Shown here: positions 54,527 to 64,000 of the stretch, in pieces
Layout of the letters: each line of letters starts with the position of its first letter
Position numbering within the stretch: position 1 is the stretch's first letter
Assembly (NCBI GenBank): GCA_951406725.2
Contig: OX597817.1
Location: forward strand, 3,038,001-3,102,000
Direction: 5' to 3'
DNA: 64,000 nt
Source of the DNA: Octopus vulgaris
Taxonomy: Eukaryota
Translations under genes and position numbers: made by a program
Notes under the pieces: model-generated
The model's input: the letters and a program-made list of their open reading frames with translations, nothing else
Database searches by the model: none
What the model was told of the DNA's origin: nothing

Positions 54527-56412
54527 TATTCAGAGCAAAGTCAAAATTGGTGCGCAGCAATACATTTACAAAAAGACTACTTTGAGAATGAAACGCAGTT
54601 ATTTTAGTGATCTGGTGCAAAACCGACATGCGTTTACCTGGGGTTAAACAACCACCTAACATTACAGTAGTGTTAAGGCATATAAAGTAACCAGCACTAA
54701 CAAGATCAGAAGTGGCAGCCTTTATGTGACCGGCTGAATTGCAAAATCAATCTCTTTCTCTTTTTCAAGCATCTAAAAGTGAAAGGACGCGTTAGATAGT
54801 ATCCTAGTAACATTATGTCTGAAAAACAGACGAGACTGCCACGGCCGGGAAGCATTTTCCCGCAGCCAGCCTTTGAGGTTAAACAGCAAGTTTAACATCT
54901 GCAACACCAACCAACGAAACTATATATATGCTGTTGTGAGGATGCGTTCATTAGGGATGGATGGTCATTACTGGAATGCATGTGATCATAAGTTTACTTG
55001 ATCAGGACCGTCTTTGGGTGAGAAGAAAAAAACATCACTATTGTCGATGAACTGATGTGACAACCGCTACTTGGTTTCTCGACCAGCCAGAATTAACAAT
55101 CAAGGTTTCATCCAAGAATCCCTCTGTCTCAAAAAGAAACACTCTGGATAATGTATAATTGTATACATTATGCTGTTTAAAAACAAAAAGGAAATAAAAC
55201 AAATGTGATGGTCGTGGCTGGAACATTTAGATCGTAAGCCTACTCCGGCAAGATTGATCTTGGGTTAGATAATAGCAATTATTTACAACGTAGACACAAA
55301 TATAAACCCTGCCAAACAGCACTTGTGGTATCAATATCACAACCACCACCGACAACAACAACAGCAACAACCACCGACATCATCTCAGCGGTATCCGATG
55401 ACTAACACTCCTCCTACTACTATTACTACTACTTCTATCACCGCCACAATCCACCACTACCTACCGTTCCACACACAACTGCAGTCTCTTTTTTCTCCTC
55501 CTCCTCCTCCTTATTCCAAAGACGCTGACGCAAGTCAGAATTTAGCCTGTTTTTCGTTTTCATGCTGTCAACTATCTCTGTGTCTTAGACCAGCCTTCAC
55601 CCTGTCTCTAGACACACGCACACACACACGTATGAATATTCACACGTCTTCATATACACGCAAAGAAGGTACGTAAGCACGTACATACATACAAGTACCT
55701 TTGCACACGTTTAAGTACGCTGACATAGGCATATGTGAATGTATGTATATTGCGCAGTCTATGTGCGCGCATTGCGTGTGTGTGTGTGTGTATACACATA
55801 CACACTTGTTCATATATACATTTGTCGAGGACGCATTCTCTCTCGTATAGATTCTTTTTCCACAACACGCGCCTTCACTCGCGTGTATAAGTTCCCATGC
55901 ACATACACGTGTTCGCATGCACTTATACGGATGCGTTTTCACACATACATGCGCAGACACATACAATTACTTGCACACACACACACTCTATCTGTTTTTC
56001 TCATACTCTCGCACGCACATGCTTTCTCGAGCACACTCACACACACACACACTCTCTCTCTCTCTCTCTCTCCCTCTGTCTCTCTCCCTCTCCCTCTCTC
56101 TCCCTCTCAACATACTCATACACATACAGATAGCCTGTTTCTACTTGGGCCTTTCAATGGAAGAGGAATGCTGAATGGCAGAAAGATAAGGAAATTCTTC
56201 CACTGTCAAAGACTATCGTTAGGTTTTGCGAACTACGCAAAAGGATCACAAAAGAGAGGGATGGAAGAAGAGAAAAGAAATGGAAATAAGAGGGAAAATT
56301 GAGGGAAAACACACACGTGTGTATGTGTCGGGGCTTATACATTTTTATTTAAGGGTGGGGTCCTTTTCGTCGAAAGGAAGCCACAACTTCAAACTAATGT
56401 ATGTGCATGTAC

Positions 56413-56459
<47 letters not shown>

Positions 56460-59190
56460 AGAATAAAGTGCCAAATCTGAGACAGAATAAATACGTGGTC
56501 CGACTACTGTTGGTGGGCCTGTTGCCATTTTTATGTCTCGAGCATTTGGCTTATATTGCCTTGTAACAACAGCATAGAACATAGTATATTTTAATTAGGT
56601 ACAACTGGAAGGGGAAGACAAAATATTTACCCTTTTATCTACTGAGTTTTTTTTTTAATTTTTTACCTTTATGTAGCTCTTCAACTATACATGTTCGGAG
56701 CGTAAAGGTTGTCAAACAGGGCCTTGCCGACTGGTTGTCTGAATACAATGAATTTTCACTGGCAAGATAATTTACGGAGAGCCCAGTCTATCAATCTCTG
56801 TATAGTCTCTGCGATTCAGTAACAAACTCAACTCAGTAACTAGTGGAATCATTCCAATATCGATGCATATTCTCGTTAGTTGTAGAAGAGTTGAAGTCTT
56901 CCTATAACAAATCTATATGACTGAAAACAATCTTTGTCGTGATCATTCAATGTTTGTGTATTTTAGACGCAGTGTAGTTCAGTGTGTCCTTACGTTTCTA
57001 AGATGATAGGATGCGATTTTAAGAAAATTCAATTATTCTTCACAGATCCACTTACCACGTTGCGATCTTCTTCATGGCTCCTCTTAATCTGGAGTATCTT
57101 TCTGCAGGTATCATATGAGAATACCTTGGATCGGGACGGGCCCTACATAACTAACACATCCTGGGTACGCCATAGAAAAAATAAATCCCTAGTTTCGCAG
57201 TCTTTTAATGGGTTAAACCACACGCTGTCATACTTTTCTGTAAAAAGTACTATCTCATTCATAGCCTCCTCATAATATTTTTATCTGTTACCATAGTCTT
57301 CAGATATAAAAAAACAAAACAACGATCGGATAGAAAGAAAACTTCATTTTAGCGATATATAATTGCATTTTAGTATCAATTCACAGCTATAAATTTAAGA
57401 GTTGGCCCGAGCAAGTTTAACCGACCTTAATACTTGACAGGTACTTAATCGATTGCAGAGAGATGAGAGGCATGCTGACGTAAAATGACGTCACCAAAGA
57501 GCACATCTATCTCTCGCCACGTCTCCTGAGCTGTTAAGTTTTTATTATAATTCACTTACACTTAGGACACCTTATATGAGGAAATAAATCGGCCCAGTTC
57601 TTTGTTGATCATTTTTGTCGATCTCAATCAGGTAAAAGGTAGAGTTATTCTAAACTAGTTTAAAACTCAGAACGTAAAGGGCTAAGATTAGATATCATAG
57701 GCATTTTGCTTGAAGCTCTAAACAATCCTGACGATACAGTTCAACTGTAAATGATCAACACTCAAATTTAACAAGTGAAGACTTAAAATTTCTGTTGTAA
57801 ATTAATTTGATGCCATTAAACGCCAAGTTATTCTGATCATATTTTTAAATTCTGAACGCCGAGAAATGAAGCCAAGTACTCTCAAAATTGCTCACTGGCT
57901 TTACCTCTCCTTTCTCTTCGCATTAGCTATCCCACACCACAACCGTAATTTTCCCATACGCAATGTTGTAATATGACCTCTACACTCCTTCTCTTCCTCT
58001 TTCTGCAAAAGGATAATTATCCGAAACGTCAAATAATTTCACTTCTGATTGCAAATCAGTTCACTAAATTTTTCAATAATTTTTTTATTTAATAAATTTT
58101 GCCAAGGGTCATCATGACTTTACTCGGGAAAGCGGATTTTGCCGCATCTACCCTTCTCTGAATTATCTAAATACGTGTCAATGTCCCATTTAAGATTTGC
58201 GCCTAGGAGACAGAAAACAAAATCCAAGTGGCAATTGCTATTACTTTCTCTTCTCAGTTTTAGTGAATTACAATAATGATGAATTAAGTCCTTAGTTTTA
58301 TTGTTAATTTTTGTCAGAATGAAAATAGATACACTGTTCTATGTAATTCTATCTTAACCCTCACTATCTCTCTCTCTCTCTCTCTCTCTGTATGTGTAAA
58401 TATATGTATATATATATATATATATATATAATCTTATCGTCATTCTCTTTCTCTATTTAGTAAGCATTCAGATGTTTAAAAGAAAATATATGTATACATT
58501 TACTTTTAAATACTTACGTTTAAAAAGACAAACATTCGCATACTTTTCTTTACCGTTCCTCCTTGTAGACTTCGTAAAGGCGAAAAAAAAAATACAAGAA
58601 AAAACATACACATGCACATATTTATACATACGCGAATAAATACACGCACGTATTTATACAGTCCCAAATATTCACATTGACGCTCAAATTCATACACTTG
58701 AAAATCTTATTTCTCATTCTTTCTAATAGCGCGCTCACATAAACTCTGGTAAGCAGTTTTGCCTACCTCTTAATAACATTATTTCTATATTCTCACCAAC
58801 CCTTCCTTGCCCTCCTTGAGCTAAGCCAACACATACCCCCCGCATCCTGCCTATACTCCTTTACCAGGCAGTTAGCATCACCGCCACTGCCGCACCCTTA
58901 CAGACCCAATCCTATCGTAGATGCCATCAGTAAATGATATGTTTGTACTGGAAACAAGAAAATAGTCATTCTGTACGTTTTATTACATATACACATGGGG
59001 ACCAAATGCTTAACTACTTAGCTGAAGACTCTCATACTTCCATGTCCTCCCTCGCATCACTATTGCTTAAATAAAACCTACAGCAAGATTTCATTAAGTC
59101 TTTAAGGTCGTGAAGAAACGGAGGATGTAGACTTTCGGGAGTGTCCCTTGATCTGAGAGAAATTTTATTGTCTCTCACACTCAGATTACC

Positions 59191-59432
59191 TATTTCTTTT
59201 TACTACTCACAAGGGGCTTTTTACTACTCACGGAGAGGACAAACAAGGACAGACAAACGGATTAAGTCGATTATATCGACTCCAGTGCGTAACTGGTACT
59301 TATTTAATCGATCCCCAAAGGATGAAAGGCAAAGTCGACCTCGGCGGAATTTGAACTCACAACGTTGCGACAGGTGAAATACCGCTAAGCATTTCGCCCG
59401 GTATGCTAACGATTCTGCCAGTTCACCACCTT
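59191..59432 (-). mobile_element. SINE family A
   Basis: Reverse-complement match; short flanking repeat tcagatta; small tail duplication ttttactactcac. Confidence 0.85.
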
Positions 59433-59592
59433 CAGATTATCATTTTTTATTCTAAATCTGCATGAAGACGGTTTATTTCGCACATTTAAACTCTGCGATC
59501 AATACGAAAAAAGGAAACTGGGAAATTCAGAGTAAGGACAGAAAGAAACCTCGGCCTCAAATTAATGCGCGCGCATATTTAAACACACACAC

Positions 59593-59628
<36 letters not shown>

Positions 59629-59629
<1 letters not shown>

Positions 59630-59820
59630 CGAGGGGTGCTGAAAAGTTCCTGGCTTTGAGTAAAAGAAAATAGAGTAAGATCAGTTAATTGAGATTTTAC
59701 TCAACATATTCCCCTCTGAGATCACACAGCGGTCCTTCAGTTTTTCTCAGTTCTGTAAAAGAATTCGGAAAGTTCTTTCGCGATACCCTTAAAATCAGGA
59801 ACTTTACAATACCCTCTCGT
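59629..59820. mobile_element. Mariner-like MITE remnant
   Basis: cgaggggtgctgaaaagttcctggcttt and degenerate inverse aaatcaggaactttacaataccctctcg; related to 2783-2998. Confidence 0.6.
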
Positions 59821-59837
59821 GTATTATCTGTTATCTT

Positions 59838-60196
59838 TCACTTGTTTCAATCACTGGACTGCGGCCATGCTGGATCACTGCATTCAAGGGTTTAGTGGAG
59901 CAAATCATCCCTAGCACTTATTTTTCAGTTTTGTACTTACTCTATCTGTTTCTTTTGCTGAGCTGCTCAGCTATGGTGATATAGACAAACATCGGTTGTC
60001 AAGCAATCGTAGTAGACACAGACGCACATTTATATATATCACATGCGACGGGCTTCCACAAAGTTTCTGTCTACTAATTTCACTCACAAGTCTTGGTCGG
60101 TCACTATAGTACACGACTCTCGCCCAAGTCACTGCCCATTAGGACTGGACCCGAAATCACGTGGTTGATAAGCGAGCTTCTTAACAACACAGCCGC
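59838..60196 (-). mobile_element. Old SINE family B copy
   Basis: Diverged reverse-complement match (gactgcggccatgctgga ... cacagccg). Confidence 0.7.
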
Positions 60197-60220
60197 ATAT
60201 ATACATTACTTGGCACTATT

Positions 60221-60369
60221 TAGCTAGTCGTGACTAGTCGATCCTACGACTACCTTGCAAAGTAAATAAAGCACAAAATAATTTTTTTACACAAAGTAAA
60301 TAATTCTTTTAAACAAAGTAAATAAAACACAAAGACCTTAAGTAAGAATCGACTAGTCACGACTAGCTA
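60221..60369. repeat. Small element with perfect 22-bp inverted termini
   Basis: tagctagtcgtgactagtcgat (60221-60242) / atcgactagtcacgactagcta (60348-60369). Confidence 0.8.
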
Positions 60370-61173
60370 GCGTGGATGCGCGAGTACGCGAGTGCGCGCA
60401 CCGGGACCACTCTTCTTAAATAGTACCCATTACTTCATATATATTACACGCATTATATTACATAATATTTTAGCACATAACATTAGATAAGTATACGCTA
60501 TTCGTGTATGTGTGTGTGCGCATACATAACAGTAATTACACGCTCACACGCGTTTCTCATGTAAGACACATATGATATACACAGTGTACGATTACCTACT
60601 CAATGGGTTATAGTATGAGTGAGTATTGGCGTAATTGAGTCACTATCAGGGTTCGTCATGTCGTGGTTCGTCCGTTGGGTTATTTATAAGTGCAGTCTAT
60701 CCCAGGGTTTTCCATGATTTTCCGTCACACAGACAAGATACCACGTTGTCGGAGCGAACCCGGCACGTCATGATTGCGAAACGAACTTCTTAACCATTTC
60801 GCTATGTCTGTTCTAATATTTGATGTACAAACGCGCAAACTTATTCGCACGTGTGTGTCTATTTATTTTCATGCTCGTTACAAGCTAGAAGTTGGTGTGA
60901 AGCTTAACAATTAAAGACGACATCTGAATATATATGCTGTATGTCTGGGTATATAAGATGACTGTTTAACTCCCCACCTCTCCCTGTATAAATGTGATTA
61001 TACATACTCTGTGTGTGTGTAATATGAGCGTCTGTTCTCTATTGGGTTTTTGTTCCATTTATATATATATATAAAGTTAATCCAAACAAGAAAACACAAA
61101 AAAAAACACAACAACGCGAGGACGTGGAACAAATAAAGTATTATTGGACGCTCAGGAAAGAAGGGAAGAAGGA

Positions 61174-61214
<41 letters not shown>

Positions 61215-61566
61215 TACACAAACACATTCGTGTGTGTGCGAGAACATACATGTTCATAATTGAGGTGAAACGAGATTGAGGTGTGAATTGTGACAGCTGT
61301 AAGCTACTGTTGTTGCCATGGTGATCTGCCTGTACTTCTCACCTGATTGTCGTTTCTATTGTTGCTGGCATTTTTAAGGAGTGCAAGGTGAATGTTTCAT
61401 TGAATATCACGTGAATCGGCCTTGATGTGTTTTTGGTTATCTGTTCGTGGTGGTGGATAATGAAGGGGGCAGAGTCGTCTGCTGTTTTTTTTTTGTTTTA
61501 ACTGCTATTTCTTTCTCTCTTTCTTAATACATATATAGAAATACCTATCAAAAGGAGACTAATGAA

Positions 61567-61567
61567 T

Positions 61568-61602
<35 letters not shown>

Positions 61603-61662
61603 TATACACACACCATACACACACATACATACACACACACATACACACACACATACACACAT

Positions 61663-61717
<55 letters not shown>

Positions 61718-61723
61718 TACACA

Positions 61724-61811
<88 letters not shown>
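61567..61811. repeat. (CA)n compound microsatellite
   Basis: Directly visible. Confidence 0.95.
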
Positions 61812-61813
<2 letters not shown>

Positions 61814-62149
61814 TCATTAAATGTGAGTGAACAGCAGGATAGAATTAACGAGAAGCAAAAGATTGTGAGGAAATAGTTACTTGCAATAGAGAACGGTAAA
61901 GATATACGGTGCCCCCGCGTACACACGCGCGCACGTTCTTGTAAACCAGTTCTTCATTTTTCTCTTCATTCCCATCCATAGACGTATTCTATCTCAGACA
62001 TATATATACATATGTATACATATGTCTGCAATAGGATACGATTACCTGTAAATGTAGGTGTACATGCACCCCGCCAAAAAAGTAATAGATTTACATTTGT
62101 CAGTGCTTGCATGCTCACAGAGGTACGTGTGTGTGTGTGTGTGTGTGTG

Positions 62150-62760
62150 TTTCAGACTGTGGTCATACTGGAGCACCGCCTTAAAGAATTTTTAGTCGAA
62201 TGAATCGATCATAGTAAGTATTCTATCGGTGTCGTTTGATGAAACGTTAAGTTATGGAGATGTAAACACACCAACTCCGGTTGTCAAGCTGTAGAGGAAC
62301 ATATACACATATTGAGCTTCTTTCAGTTTCCGTCTTGCAAATCTACTCGTAAGGCTTTGGACAGCCCGAGGCTATAGAAGATACTTGCCCAAGGTGCCAC
62401 GCAATGGAACTGAACCCGGAATAATGTGGTAAAAAGCTTGCTTCCCAACCACATGGTTCCGGGTTCAGTTACACTGCATGGCTCTTGGGCAAGTGTCTTC
62501 TACTATAGCCTCAGCAGACCAAAGCCTTGTGAGTGGATTTTGTAGACGGAAACTAAAAAGAAACCCGTCGTGTATGTGTGTGTGTGTGTTTATTTATGTG
62601 TTTGTGTTTGTCCCCCCACCATCGCTTGACAACCGATGTTACGTCCCCGTTACTTAGCGGTTGGGCATGAGACCGATAGAATAAGTCCTGGCGTCGATTT
62701 GTTCGATTAAAGGCGGTGCTCCAGCATGGCCGCAGTTAAATAACTGAAACAAGTAAAAGA
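62150..62760. mobile_element. Head-to-head pair of family B SINEs
   Basis: Minus copy about 62150-62430 abuts plus copy about 62425-62760, overlapping at tgtggt. Confidence 0.75.
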
Positions 62761-62775
62761 TCAAAATGTATGTGT

Positions 62776-62822
<47 letters not shown>

Positions 62823-62830
62823 AATGTATG

Positions 62831-63021
62831 TGCGTACCGTTGGCGATTTTTTTTCCTCTGTCTTCCCTTCTCTGGATCTTTCCTTCTCCTATGTTTCCGA
62901 CGAAGAGCTCCGCTCGAAACGTTAAACTCTCTTTCTTTCCTTCTTTCCTGAGCGTCCAATAATACTATATTTGTTCCACGTCCTCGCGTTGTTGTGTTTT
63001 TTTGTGCTTTCTTGTTTGGAT

Positions 63022-63026
<5 letters not shown>
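62831..63026 (+). mobile_element. Penelope-like terminal-repeat fragment with a minimal hammerhead motif
   Basis: gttt-CCGACGA-a-gagc-tcc-gctc-GAAAC-GTT-aaac at 62893-62927; the 3' part recurs inverted at 61076-61173. Confidence 0.6.
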
Positions 63027-63053
<27 letters not shown>

Positions 63054-63054
63054 G

Positions 63055-63534
63055 CGTATGTGCATGTATGTTTGTGTGTCTGTGTTTGTCCCCCTAGCAT
63101 TGCTTGACAACCGATGCTAGTGTGTTTATGTCCCCGTCACTTAGCGGTTCAGCAAAAGAGACCGATAGAATTAGTACTGGGCTTGCTTACCAACCACATG
63201 GTTCTGGGTTCAGTCCCACTGCGTGGCACCTTGGGCAAGTGTCTTCTACTATAGTCTCGGGCCGACCAAAGCCTTGTGAGTGGATTTGGTAGACGGAAAC
63301 TGAAAGAAGTCCGTCGTATATATTTATGTATGTGTGTGTATATATGTTTGTGCGTCTGTGTTTGTCCCCCCAACATCGCTTGATAACCGATGCTAGTGTG
63401 TTTACGTCCCCGTAACTTAGCGGTTCTGCAAAAGAATAAGTACTAGGCTTAGAAAGACTAAGTCCTGGGGTTGATTTGCTCGACTAAAGGCGGTGCTCCA
63501 GCATGGCCATAGTCAAATGATTGAAACAAGTAAG

Positions 63535-63536
<2 letters not shown>
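63055..63536 (+). mobile_element. Tandem family B SINE fragments
   Basis: 3'-half fragment (63055-63184) fused through gctt to a copy lacking its first about 25 nt. Confidence 0.75.
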
Positions 63537-63597
<61 letters not shown>

Positions 63598-64000
63598 TCA
63601 CACACATACACACACACACACACGAGAGAGAGAGAAAGAAAGAAAGTTATTGTAAGTAAAGAACTGACTGTTAGGCCGATGTACTTCCTATGAGAAAATA
63701 TATTTGGTTTGCTATCAGGACTGATCTGTTTCGAAACATCATTATTGATAATAAATCAAGTCAGAAACTACAATCATTTTATTGTTCCTTAAGATCATTA
63801 AAAACACACACATGTACCTTTTTTGTTTTTTTCTCAAGATTATTTCCCAGTATTCTTATCCATAATTGTCCTATGAAAGTATATAAGTTTGTGTAACATA
63901 TAGGAGGTTTACCTTCTCGCGTGCTCAGCTCCATTTCACCTATCCTCAACATAGCAAAAACTGTTTCTCAAAGGCTAGCCTCCCTCTTCTTATAAAGAAT

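Noticed and set aside
55323-56302. Q/T/P-rich and HT-rich ORFs
   Set aside because: Low-complexity simple-repeat sequence with no domain or splice support.
58000-58033. Hammerhead-like ggat/atcc stem with GAAACGTC
   Set aside because: Core reads CTGCAAA rather than CTGANGA; not callable.

Overview
AT-rich, microsatellite- and SINE-dense eukaryotic DNA, most likely a cephalopod (Octopus-like; inferred from repeat content, not proven). The only host coding sequence I can support is two + strand exons (37554-38019 and 52499-52601) of an SLCO4-like organic anion transporter (OATP). They splice in frame across a 14.5 kb intron; the remaining exons are outside the window or were not recognised. 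Nearly all ORFs in the supplied track are artefacts of microsatellites and SINEs. The rest is a layered mobile-element landscape: several tRNA-derived SINE families (one forms multimers with a fixed junction), remnants of RTE, CR1/L2, L1/Tx1 and CRE-type LINEs, a mariner transposase fragment, hAT-like and other MITEs, and a Helentron-like element. Best hunt results: (1) several unrelated type I hammerhead ribozyme motifs of the Penelope kind, one with an intact core (18278-18370, - strand); (2) SINE dimers and a trimer sharing one self-complementary junction; (3) a 3' tail shared between that SINE and an L1/Tx1-like LINE. All calls are by eye; no searches or folding were run.
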